Shown: positions 9,889-18,866 of the stretch, in pieces
Numbering within the stretch: the first letter of the stretch is position 1
How the letters are laid out: each line of letters opens with the position of its first letter
DNA from: Candidatus Poribacteria bacterium
GTDB taxonomy: Bacteria; Poribacteria; WGA-4E; PCPOR2b
Assembly: GCA_965208325.1 (NCBI GenBank)
Contig: OZ242326.1
Coordinates: 2,048,001 to 2,112,000 of the forward strand
Direction: 5' to 3'
Length of the DNA stretch: 64,000 bases
Position numbers and translations under genes: made by a program
The notes under the pieces: generated by a model
Told to the model about the DNA's origin: nothing
The model's database searches: none
The model's input: only the letters and a program-made list of their open reading frames with translations

Positions 9889-12540
9889 TCAATTTAGCTG
9901 ATTGGCGACAATGTTTACGACAGCATCAATCGCGCATTGCATCTTGTCGGGATCCTTGCTGCCGCCTTGAGCAAGCTCGGGGCGCCCGCCGCCGCGTCCG
10001 TCAGCTATACGGGTGACTGCCTGAACAATTTTACCGGCTTGCAAGCCGCGGCCTTTTACGAGATCGGGAGTAACACCTGTTATGAATGCAACTTCGTTTC
10101 CAGTTGCCGAAGCGAGGACAATAACGCCTGATTCAAGGCGGTTTTTCAACTCGTCGGCGAGCCGGCGCAGCCCGTCCCGATCCATACGATCCACCACGGA
10201 AGCCACGACGCGGAAACCATCCACGACAACGGCTCGATTCGCGAGATCGACGACACTGGATTTTGCGAGTTTTGCCTGCAGTTCGTTAATCTGTTGTTCA
10301 AGTTCTCGATTGGCTTGCACCAATCTTTCCACCTGTTCCGGCGTACGATGCTTAGGGGTTTTGAGTATACTTCCGATGGAGGAAAGCAAGTCATCTTCCG
10401 AACAGACATGTTGATAGGCTGCACTTCCGGTAACGGCTTCAATTCGACGGGTACCGGCGGCGATGCTGCTTTCGCTCAAAATTTTGACAAGGCCTATTTC
10501 GCCAGTCGCACGAGTGTGCGTACCGCCGCAGAGCTCCATGCTGTAGCCGCCAATCTCGACCACGCGCACGACGTCGCCGTATTTATCGCCGAAGAACGCG
10601 AGTGCTCCCTTATCCTTGGCTGTTTGCAGGGACATGGAGTCAATTTCAACTTCGTCATTCATACGAACACAGTGGTTAATGAAGCCTTCAATCTCGCGGA
10701 GTTGATTATCCGTCACGGACTGAAAGTGCGCGAAGTCGAATCGCAACCGTCCCGGCTCAACAAGTGATCCCGCTTGACTGACATGCTTTCCGAGCTCCTT
10801 GCGCAACGCGCTGTGCAGCATGTGAGTTGCCGTGTGGCTCGCCGCGATGTGCGCTCGCCGGACCGCATCAATCTGCGATGTGACGGGCGTCTGCGGGGTA
10901 ATTTCTCCTTCGATAACCTTACACTTGTGAACAATCAGATCGGGGTTCGGTTTGAAAGTATCAACGACGTTTAGCCTCGCATTTTCACTCTCGATTGTTC
11001 CGATGTCACCGACTTGACCTCCCGATTCCGCATAAAACGGCGTGCGGTTGAGGATGGCAGCAACTTCTTCACCTTCGTGGATTCCCGATACCTGTTCATT
11101 ACCTCGAATTAATGCGATGACCTCTGCCTCCGCCTCCCCCGTATCATACCCCAAAAATTCGGTTTTCTCATATTCCTTAAGAATTTCTAAATAAACCTCT
11201 TCGCCCTTCCCGCTGCCGCCAGCGGCTTTCCAAGCGGCGCGGCTGCGCTCTTGCTGTGTAGCCATACTAGCGGCGAAGCCTTTTTCGTCGACTGACAGTC
11301 CACGCTCACGAGCCAAAATCCCGGTGAGGTCAAGCGGAAATCCAAAGGTATCGTAGAGTTCAAAAGCGCGTTCACCGGGGACGACAGATTGTTGCTGCGC
11401 GTGGAGTTCATCAAGTGATTTTCCAAGGATTTCCAATCCCCGATCAAGTGTTTGATGGAATCGCCCTTCTTCTCCCTGAATAATCTGCTTCACAAACTCC
11501 CGACGCGGGACGACATCAGCGTAAACCGAGCCGAGCAGTTCGATGACTTTGTCCACGAGCCGAAAAATGAAAGGGACATCCATCCCTAACCGTTTTCCAT
11601 AAAGGACGGCTCGGCGCAAAATTCGCCGTATTACATAGCCGCGCCCTTCGTTAGAGGGCATCACGCCGTCACCGATAGCAAACGTCAGGCAGCGCACGTG
11701 GTCGGCAATGACGCGGTGGGCAACACCGGAAATGTCCTCCGAATACGCGCTATCCGTAATATCGGCGATAGCATCAATCAAGGGGGTGAACACATCGGTT
11801 TTGTAGTTTGAATCGACGCCCTGCAAGATTGCAACCGCGCGTTCAAAGCCCATACCCGTATCAACGTGTTTTTCTGGCAACGGATACAATTTTCCCGCAG
11901 CGTCTCGGTTATACTGTATGAATACGAGATTCCACAGTTCGCGGTACCGATCGCATTTATTGACACCACATTCGTGCGCAGGGTCTTGGGTTGAACATGC
12001 CTCAGGGCCGAGATCTATGTGTACTTCTGAACAGGGGCCGCATGGACCGGTATCCCCCATTTCCCAGAAATTGTCTTTGTCGAATCTTATTACTTGGCTG
12101 GCTGGAACATCGGTTACTGTCGTCCACAGCTTTTCGGCTTCATCGTCATCCAAATGAACCGTTGCCCACAATCGATTTTTCGGAATCTTCCAGATTTCCG
12201 TAACCAACTCCCAAGCAAATTCGATAGCTTCGTGTTTGTAGTAATCTCCAAAGGACCAGTTGCCCAGCATTTCAAAAAAGGTATGATGTCCACCGGAATA
12301 GCCGACCTCTTCTAAATCGTTATGTTTACCGCTGACGCGAATACACTTCTGAGAATCAGCCGCACGTTTATATTCGCGCTGCCCCACGCCCAAGAACACA
12401 TCTTTAAACTGGTTCATACCAGCGTTTGTAAACAGCAGGGTCGGATCTTCCGCAGGCACTACCGGTGCGCTGGGAACGATAGTATGACCGCGCTCCCGGA
12501 AAAAATCCAAAAAACTCGATCGAATTTCATTGGATGTCAT
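9889..12540 (-). CDS. alaS: Alanine--tRNA ligase
   Basis: DPTLLFTNAGMNQFK, HHTFFEMLGNWSFGDY, HTATH, ELCGGTH, GGGRP.LAQGG. Confidence 0.99.
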   Translation of the reverse strand: MTSNEIRSSFLDFFRERGHTIVPSAPVVPAEDPTLLFTNAGMNQFKDVFLGVGQREYKRAADSQKCIRVSGKHNDLEEVGYSGGHHTFFEMLGNWSFGDYYKHEAIEFAWELVTEIWKIPKNRLWATVHLDDDEAEKLWTTVTDVPASQVIRFDKDNFWEMGDTGPCGPCSEVHIDLGPEACSTQDPAHECGVNKCDRYRELWNLVFIQYNRDAAGKLYPLPEKHVDTGMGFERAVAILQGVDSNYKTDVFTPLIDAIADITDSAYSEDISGVAHRVIADHVRCLTFAIGDGVMPSNEGRGYVIRRILRRAVLYGKRLGMDVPFIFRLVDKVIELLGSVYADVVPRREFVKQIIQGEEGRFHQTLDRGLEILGKSLDELHAQQQSVVPGERAFELYDTFGFPLDLTGILARERGLSVDEKGFAASMATQQERSRAAWKAAGGSGKGEEVYLEILKEYEKTEFLGYDTGEAEAEVIALIRGNEQVSGIHEGEEVAAILNRTPFYAESGGQVGDIGTIESENARLNVVDTFKPNPDLIVHKCKVIEGEITPQTPVTSQIDAVRRAHIAASHTATHMLHSALRKELGKHVSQAGSLVEPGRLRFDFAHFQSVTDNQLREIEGFINHCVRMNDEVEIDSMSLQTAKDKGALAFFGDKYGDVVRVVEIGGYSMELCGGTHTRATGEIGLVKILSESSIAAGTRRIEAVTGSAAYQHVCSEDDLLSSIGSILKTPKHRTPEQVERLVQANRELEQQINELQAKLAKSSVVDLANRAVVVDGFRVVASVVDRMDRDGLRRLADELKNRLESGVIVLASATGNEVAFITGVTPDLVKGRGLQAGKIVQAVTRIADGRGGGRPELAQGGSKDPDKMQCAIDAVVNIVANQLN

Positions 12541-12791
12541 CAGTGACTTTTCTCTCTAAATTGAAGCCCGCAATCATCTTCCCAATATCAATCGCTTTCG
12601 TTGAGAATGCTCCTCTTATTGATTAATCCGCTTAACAATTCTATATGGGCAATCACCATCGGAGCAAGCGTCTATAACAAGTATACCAAATTGTGAATCT
12701 CAATTTCAAGGTTGATAACTATTACTTCGCGGTTGATGTGGGCGAAGGTTAGTCCGTCTGTCATGTTCACAAGCGTGTAAGTACCGCAATT

Positions 12792-13361
12792 TTATTTGTT
12801 AGGTTCACCAAAATCTTTCCCTTCCAGAAAATCGTCCAATTCAACTCCGAACGCGTCTGCTATCCGATTGACATAGTTGAAAAATCCGACGACCTCCACA
12901 ATGGCGAAGAGCGCCTCGTCGGAAAGTCCATATCCGCGGAGGCGCTTTAAGTCTGCTGGTGTAACAGTGGGCGCGGCTTTTGTTACCTTAACGGCAAATT
13001 CAAGGATCGCTTTTGTGGCTTCGTCAATATCAGCCGTCTGAAAATCCGCCACGATCTGGGCAATCTGCTTGTCAGTGAGTTGTTCCCGCAACTCGTCCGC
13101 GTGCGATATTACTCAGTAGCGGCATTCGTTCACTTTCGATACAACAGTGGCAATCATTTCGCGTTGCATTCGACTAAGTGGGGACTCTTCGTCGTGCATC
13201 ACGACTTTGTAGAGTTCAATAAAAGCGCGCATACTTTTCGGCCGCGCACTGAAAAGTTTGACGATATTGTAAACTTTCCCCACCCGCGCAATTGCCGCGT
13301 TGTATTCCTCTTTCACGATGCCAGTTGCATCAGTCTCATCTACAGTGTGAATCCATGCCAT
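12792..13361 (-). CDS. AhpD/CMD-like peroxidase-related protein; probable selenoprotein (in-frame UGA at 13113-13115, CRYU)
   Basis: ORFs 13113-13361 and 12792-13091 are in one frame separated only by TGA; read-through gives ...VNEC-R-Y-U-VISHA..., matching the family CxxCxxxH motif. Confidence 0.85.
13077..13094 (-). promoter_or_regulatory. Candidate bacterial SECIS hairpin
   Basis: GAGTTG-CGGGAA-CAACTC perfect 6-bp stem with G-containing loop, 18 nt 3' of the UGA. Confidence 0.55.
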
Positions 13362-13453
13362 CTTTCACGCTCCAATCACAGTCCAAATATACTTGCAACT
13401 GCGCCATTGTGTCCGGTTTTTATCGTCGATTGGACACGTCAGAATGTCAAAGT

Positions 13454-15586
13454 TTATTCTTGCAGGGGTGTCAACATTGCGGCGATGTCCGCCGGCAGAT
13501 TCACGCCATGTCTCGCCTCGAAGTCCGAAACGCTTGCGTAGTCGTTATGAAAGCCAGCGATGATATTTACACCCATGTCCCTAGCAATGTTCAAATCCTC
13601 TCGGGCTTTTTCCCATTCTCTCAGTCGCAACCACACTTCACCGCGATTATAATAGGCGGCGATAAAGACCGGCTTTAATTCTATCGCTTTGTTATAATTT
13701 TCAAGCGCACGGTCAACCTCGCCTTTGCTATAATGAGCCACTCCGCGATTGTTATAAACAATGGAAAGCCGCGGATTGAGTTCTATTACTTTGTTAAAGT
13801 CAACAATGGCACGGTCATATTCGCCAACGGTGATATAGGCATTGCCCCGACCATTATAGGCTTCGACAAGATTTGGTTCGAGCTGTATCGCCTTGTCAAA
13901 GTCGGCGATGGCCCGGACACAATCACCTTTGTTGCGGTATGCGGCACCGCGATTGCTATAAGGCTCGGCGTAATCGGGTTTGAGTTCTATCGCACGATTA
14001 CAGTCTACAATGGCAAGGTCAAAATCCCCCTTTCCCCGATAGACAGCACCGCGATTGTTGTAGGCTATGGCGTAATCGGTTTTGAGTTCTATAGCATGGT
14101 TAAAGTCTTTAAGGGCAAGGTTAACCTGATCTTTTTTGCCGTAAGTGATACCACGGCTGTTGTATGCCTCGGCAAATTTCGGTTTCAGTAGTATTGCCAT
14201 GTTAAAGTCTTCAGTGGCACGGTCAAAATCGCCCTGCTGGTCGTAAGCGATACCGCGATTGATATAAGCTTCAGCAAGGTTGGTATTGAGTTCTATGGCT
14301 TTGTTCAATTCTAACATGGCACGGTCATGGTCGCCTATCATGCCGTAAACAACCCCGCGATTACTATATGCTATGGCAAAATCGGGATTCAGCTCTATCG
14401 CTTTATTGAAGTCGTTGAGAGCAAATTGAACATTGCCTTTGTTCTTAAAAGTAACGCCGCGATTGTAGTAGGCGTTCGCATAACCGGGGTTGAGTTGAAT
14501 TGCTTTATCAAAGTCTTTGAGAGCACGATCAAAATCCTCTTTGTCATGATAAGCCCCCCCACGATTATTATATAGCTCGGCGAGGTTTGGTTTCAATTGT
14601 ATTGCCTTGTTAAAGTCTGCAATAGCACAATTATGCTCTCCCTTGCTACTAAAAACGTTACCACGATTGTTGTAGGCATTGGTACAATTGGGATTGAGTT
14701 CTATTGCCCTGTTATAATCTTCAATAGCACGGTCAACCTCGTCTCTCCTGTAGAAAACCTCGCCGCGATAGTTATAAGCATCGGCATAATCCGGTTTCAA
14801 TTCTATCGCTTTGGTAAAATCTGAGATGGCATGTTCAAATCTACCCTGTCTGTTGTAAGCCAGACCGCGATTAAAACAAGCATCGGCATCATCGGGATTT
14901 AATTGTACCGCTGTATTAAAATCTTTGATGGCGCAGTCATAGTCCCCCTTGCTGCTGTAAGCAATGCCACGATTGTTGTAGGAGTCAACCTGCAGCGAAT
15001 TTAACTTTAACGCTTTGGTATAATGCTCAATGGCTTTTTCATAATCTTCTCTATTTTGGCACGTCAGCCCTTCAAGGAACTCCGTGTAAGCCCTTTGATA
15101 AGTATCTTGATTACTAATAAACTCATGAAGGTCGTAATAGATAGTTGGATTAGATATGTCGTGGTACTTTTGGAGGTGGTTCAACATGAGCTTCCTGAGG
15201 CTTTTGGGAATATCGACTACACGGTACTGTTCCTGTTGAATAAGCCTCTCAGGCAGTCTAACAAATACCCGCTTTTGAACGTTGGCGCGACGCATTGGAT
15301 TTCGATCGAATTCAATCCGGTCACTTATCGCGTCGGTTTTTTTCAGTAGGATAACCCTGCCGGATTTTTCAAGCGAACCGCTACAGGCGAAGAAGAGAGC
15401 TATCAGGTAATCGGTCGTGAATTCTATAACGTTCGCTGTCTTAACCTCATCCTCACGGTAGAGGGTTGACGAGACTCCCTCATAGTATTCTGACTCACCA
15501 CGGTAAATGTAGTCGCCATCGGCTGATTTTTCCTCTATCTCGCGTAATTTTTCCCTAATCTTGCTTCGATTGTTTTTTGTGCTCAT
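13454..15586 (-). CDS. FRG-like domain plus about 15 TPR repeats
   Basis: YIYRGE, SSTLYR and IEFTTDYLIALFFAC (FRG-like); repeated 34-aa AYxNRG...AI.L.P units. Confidence 0.85.
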   Translation of the reverse strand: MSTKNNRSKIREKLREIEEKSADGDYIYRGESEYYEGVSSTLYREDEVKTANVIEFTTDYLIALFFACSGSLEKSGRVILLKKTDAISDRIEFDRNPMRRANVQKRVFVRLPERLIQQEQYRVVDIPKSLRKLMLNHLQKYHDISNPTIYYDLHEFISNQDTYQRAYTEFLEGLTCQNREDYEKAIEHYTKALKLNSLQVDSYNNRGIAYSSKGDYDCAIKDFNTAVQLNPDDADACFNRGLAYNRQGRFEHAISDFTKAIELKPDYADAYNYRGEVFYRRDEVDRAIEDYNRAIELNPNCTNAYNNRGNVFSSKGEHNCAIADFNKAIQLKPNLAELYNNRGGAYHDKEDFDRALKDFDKAIQLNPGYANAYYNRGVTFKNKGNVQFALNDFNKAIELNPDFAIAYSNRGVVYGMIGDHDRAMLELNKAIELNTNLAEAYINRGIAYDQQGDFDRATEDFNMAILLKPKFAEAYNSRGITYGKKDQVNLALKDFNHAIELKTDYAIAYNNRGAVYRGKGDFDLAIVDCNRAIELKPDYAEPYSNRGAAYRNKGDCVRAIADFDKAIQLEPNLVEAYNGRGNAYITVGEYDRAIVDFNKVIELNPRLSIVYNNRGVAHYSKGEVDRALENYNKAIELKPVFIAAYYNRGEVWLRLREWEKAREDLNIARDMGVNIIAGFHNDYASVSDFEARHGVNLPADIAAMLTPLQE

Positions 15587-15811
15587 GGTTTTTCCTCCGC
15601 AATAGGGATTCTTTCGACACTAGTCTAAAACGTGAATTGGTGCAGATTGAAGGAGTCCACAAATTAAACCAGCCCAAAAATGAGTCTAAAAATGAGTCTC
15701 GGCTTGAATCTGCGTTCCCGCGCTATCTACCCGATTAACAATGCAGGCAAATTATATCGTAGACTCATCCACAAGAATGGCAATTCCTTCAGGGTTAAGC
15801 TGCATAACGCG

Positions 15812-16240
15812 TCAATCAATCAATTCATCATTTTCCCCATCCCCGACAATGGCCATCGCAGACTGTACTGGAATAAATTTTGACCGTAGTGCGAGCTCAG
15901 TTGCCAGAAATTGCATGTCTTCCCGTTTGTCTGGCCACGGTACAATGTCTGCATGTAAGTGGTGTATGGAAGTTTCTGGCTCAACCCTTTGGTCTAGCGC
16001 GTAAACGTCTCGCGCCAAAATGTCCGCTCGACCATAAAGGCGCTCACCTTGCGGTCTAGCGACAAATTGGTTACCAATTGACCAAATTTCGTCTTCACTA
16101 AGCGTTGAAGTAAGGTAAACGGACAAGCGTTTGCTTTTCGGGGGCATAAATGCCCTAAACTTAACTCTCTGATCGGAAGGACGAACCTCATTTTTTCGCA
16201 TAATGAAATGGCTGAGTCTTTCATTTGGACTAATAACCAT
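15812..16240 (-). CDS. Hypothetical protein (possible ADP-ribosyltransferase-like toxin fold)
   Basis: 142-aa ORF overlapping the upstream gene by 11 bp; AFMP..LSV...LYGRADI...HADI pattern. Confidence 0.6.
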   Translation of the reverse strand: MVISPNERLSHFIMRKNEVRPSDQRVKFRAFMPPKSKRLSVYLTSTLSEDEIWSIGNQFVARPQGERLYGRADILARDVYALDQRVEPETSIHHLHADIVPWPDKREDMQFLATELALRSKFIPVQSAMAIVGDGENDELID

Positions 16241-16826
16241 AATAGGGATAGAGATTCGTAATCATGCCAAAAATGGCGAAAAGATGCGGAGTTGAGAAGG
16301 TGAATATACCACGGGCTTGACTCTCTTCGCTGAAGATTCCCGCGAATACAATATGTCCATCGCCACCAAAACTCAAGGTGAATATCTTCTGTCCTTCCCG
16401 CCATTCTATGCCAATTTCACCGTTATCCAAAGGCATAATATCAGCTAGAGATGCAATTCGACCGAGTGTACCGTCGTGAGATTTGTGGAGTGTTTTTAGA
16501 AACCTTTCCACGTCTTGGTATGCGCCCTCTGGGATACCGTCTAGCTCTGGGTCAAGTCTTCTTTCTTCTTCTGCCTCCGCTCGTACCTTTTGCAGTGTCT
16601 TCTCAATCTGTTTTGGGTCGAAGTCATACAGCTTGGTTTGACTGAGTTCGCCGAAGTCTGTGTGAATAGTGCTTCCTTTTTGCACAGGCGTTCTTAGCCT
16701 CATCTGCTCGCCAATTGAATCGGATGTCCAAAAGCCCGGTTTCTTGTCAAAACCGAGCGCGTTCAAATCATTCGCGTTTTGCATGAGAGTTGTGGGCTGA
16801 TTTTCAGCAGCTACTAGCTGACTCAT
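16230..16826 (-). CDS. Hypothetical protein
   Basis: 198-aa ORF with GGAGGG RBS; low-complexity N-half and compact C-half (IMPLDNGEIGIEW...LSFGGDG). Confidence 0.7.
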   Translation of the reverse strand: MSQLVAAENQPTTLMQNANDLNALGFDKKPGFWTSDSIGEQMRLRTPVQKGSTIHTDFGELSQTKLYDFDPKQIEKTLQKVRAEAEEERRLDPELDGIPEGAYQDVERFLKTLHKSHDGTLGRIASLADIMPLDNGEIGIEWREGQKIFTLSFGGDGHIVFAGIFSEESQARGIFTFSTPHLFAIFGMITNLYPYYGY

Positions 16827-16972
16827 CTTAATTTCCCTCCAAAATTACGTCAATAGGTATTAGGTGTATCAACCGGTTTCCCTCCAAAACAACAATACCT
16901 GCAAGATGGATTGTCACTAGAATAAATAACGGGTTTCACGGCTTAAGTCCATCTAATTTGAGGGTACCGCAT

Positions 16973-17371
16973 TTAATCTGCACCATCCTCGTTCGTTGGC
17001 TGCTCCAGCAATGATTGCAGAAGGTCGGCGATTACCTCAATATCGGTAATTGATCCATTGGCAATCTTTACGCCAAGTTCAACAATTGAATCATCAATGC
17101 CAAGACGAAGGGAACATCCATTCAAAACCAAAAACCAAAGCGCACAAGTCATGCCGGTACGCTTGTTCCCATCTAAAAATATATGTCCTGTGATAATGTG
17201 ATGGGCATATACAGCGGCTTTTTGAATCAAAGTCGGAAACAGTTCTGTGTTGCCGAATTTTTGACAGACGATTTCTACCATATACTGTAACTGGTTTTCC
17301 TTTAGCAACTCATTGTTTGCCACATGGCGCTTGGCAACCCGCAGAATCTCGTCAATTGCCAAATATCTCAA
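16973..17371 (-). CDS. doc: Doc (death-on-curing) family Fic-domain toxin
   Basis: HIFLDGNKRTG Doc-type motif and KAAVYAHHI; likely TTG start (MRYL) overlapping the upstream TGA (alternative ATG at 17392). Confidence 0.9.
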   Translation of the reverse strand: MRYLAIDEILRVAKRHVANNELLKENQLQYMVEIVCQKFGNTELFPTLIQKAAVYAHHIITGHIFLDGNKRTGMTCALWFLVLNGCSLRLGIDDSIVELGVKIANGSITDIEVIADLLQSLLEQPTNEDGAD

Positions 17372-18516
17372 AGTTTTGCCAGGGTTTTCCATGCTCGATC
17401 GTAGTTTTCTAAGATTCCCTCTAAGACGATTTCTGCATCATTATTCTCCGGAGAAGCCGTGTTCTGTGCTTTCTCTTTTTCCGTAGCAGTTACTTCAGGT
17501 ATCAGTATTGCGACGATGTCGTTAGGTAGATTCACACCGTTTTTCTGTTTGAAGTCTACAACGCTTGGATATGAACGATGAAATGAGGCAATGATATCTA
17601 TCCCCATATTCTTGGCGGTTGCCAAGTCTGACTTGGCTTCCTTCCATTCTCCCAAGTGTAACAACATGTAGCCACGATGATAGTGCGCTATGGCATCATA
17701 AGGTTTCAGGATTATTCCTTTGGTAAAATCCTCAATAGCGAGGTCATATTTGCCTCTTTCCCCGTATGCCATACCGCGATTGTTATAGATTCGGACCTCG
17801 TTGGTCTTGTATTCTATAGCTTTAGTGAAATCTTTGATGGCGCAGTCAATATCCCCTTTTCTGGCGTAAGCTGCACCACGATTGTTATATGCCTCGGCAT
17901 CATCAGGTTTCAGTTTTATCACTTGACCGAAATCTTTGATGGCACGGTCGACATCACCCTTTTGTCCGTACGCTAGACCTCGATTGTAATAGGTATTGGC
18001 ATTATCAGGTTTCAGTCGAATTGCTGTGTTAAAATCTTCGATAGCATGTTCAACATCGCCTTTAATGTTGTAGGCAACACCGCGATTATTATGAACATCG
18101 GCATTATCGGGTTTCAGTTGTATTACTTTGGTGAAGTCTTTGATAGCGTGTTCAACATCGCCTTGTTGACCGTATGCTAGGCCGCGATTATAATAGGCGT
18201 GGTCATAATTGGACCACAGGTCTATCGCTTTGCTGAAATCTTCAATTGCTCTATCAATATCGCCTTTTTCACCGTGAGCGACGCCGCGATTGTTATAGGC
18301 TTTGGCGTCATTGGGATTGAGCGTTATCGCTCCGGTACAGTGTTCGATTTCACGGTCAATCTCACCCAATCGGCCAGAATCAATTTGGCACATGCGATGT
18401 TCCTCAACGCCGTCTAACGTTGAGGTTACTTTTTTGATGCCACCCTTAATATTCCTATCGGGTCTTCCCACGTAATGGTAGTCAAAACCGGCAGACGTTA
18501 AGTTCAGTTGAGGCAT
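17368..18516 (-). CDS. TPR protein (about 7 repeats) with C-terminal helix resembling a Doc-partner antitoxin
   Basis: AYNNRG TPR units; ends ...AEIVLEGILENYDRAWKTLAKL*; GAGGAG RBS. Confidence 0.8.
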   Translation of the reverse strand: MPQLNLTSAGFDYHYVGRPDRNIKGGIKKVTSTLDGVEEHRMCQIDSGRLGEIDREIEHCTGAITLNPNDAKAYNNRGVAHGEKGDIDRAIEDFSKAIDLWSNYDHAYYNRGLAYGQQGDVEHAIKDFTKVIQLKPDNADVHNNRGVAYNIKGDVEHAIEDFNTAIRLKPDNANTYYNRGLAYGQKGDVDRAIKDFGQVIKLKPDDAEAYNNRGAAYARKGDIDCAIKDFTKAIEYKTNEVRIYNNRGMAYGERGKYDLAIEDFTKGIILKPYDAIAHYHRGYMLLHLGEWKEAKSDLATAKNMGIDIIASFHRSYPSVVDFKQKNGVNLPNDIVAILIPEVTATEKEKAQNTASPENNDAEIVLEGILENYDRAWKTLAKL

Positions 18517-18866
18517 AGCTCTTTCTCCTCAAAAATTTCACACACTGTACAGGCAAATAAAACTAATCCGCCGCTATTCGTTTGTGCGGTGGAGGTATGG
18601 CGATAATCATTTTGGGATTTAAAACGACGCAAGTCAATCCTATTGTTGACAATCCTACTGATTCAGTCAGTCTAAGCTATGATGATTGAGAAAGACCGAT
18701 TCCCCAAAGTTCACACTGAGAACTTTTCGATTGAATCGACTGTGGAAATCTGATAAGATTCAGACGGCACTATTGAGCAAATTATACGCCCCGTCCCTGA
18801 AATCGTCAAGGGAAAGTAGGGGAACGCGGGCGTTACATCTTAATCAGCGTGAGGCTAGGCAAACAG

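Noticed and set aside
12792..13361. Two separate small genes or a pseudogene
   Set aside because: A single in-frame TGA at the catalytic Cys position with a downstream hairpin favours selenocysteine
13600..15050. 102-bp periodic DNA repeats
   Set aside because: Fully explained by TPR coding repeats; no reverse transcriptase or template/variable repeat pair indicating a DGR
15676..15699. 12-bp tandem repeat AAAAATGAGTCT x2
   Set aside because: Too short and low in complexity to support a function
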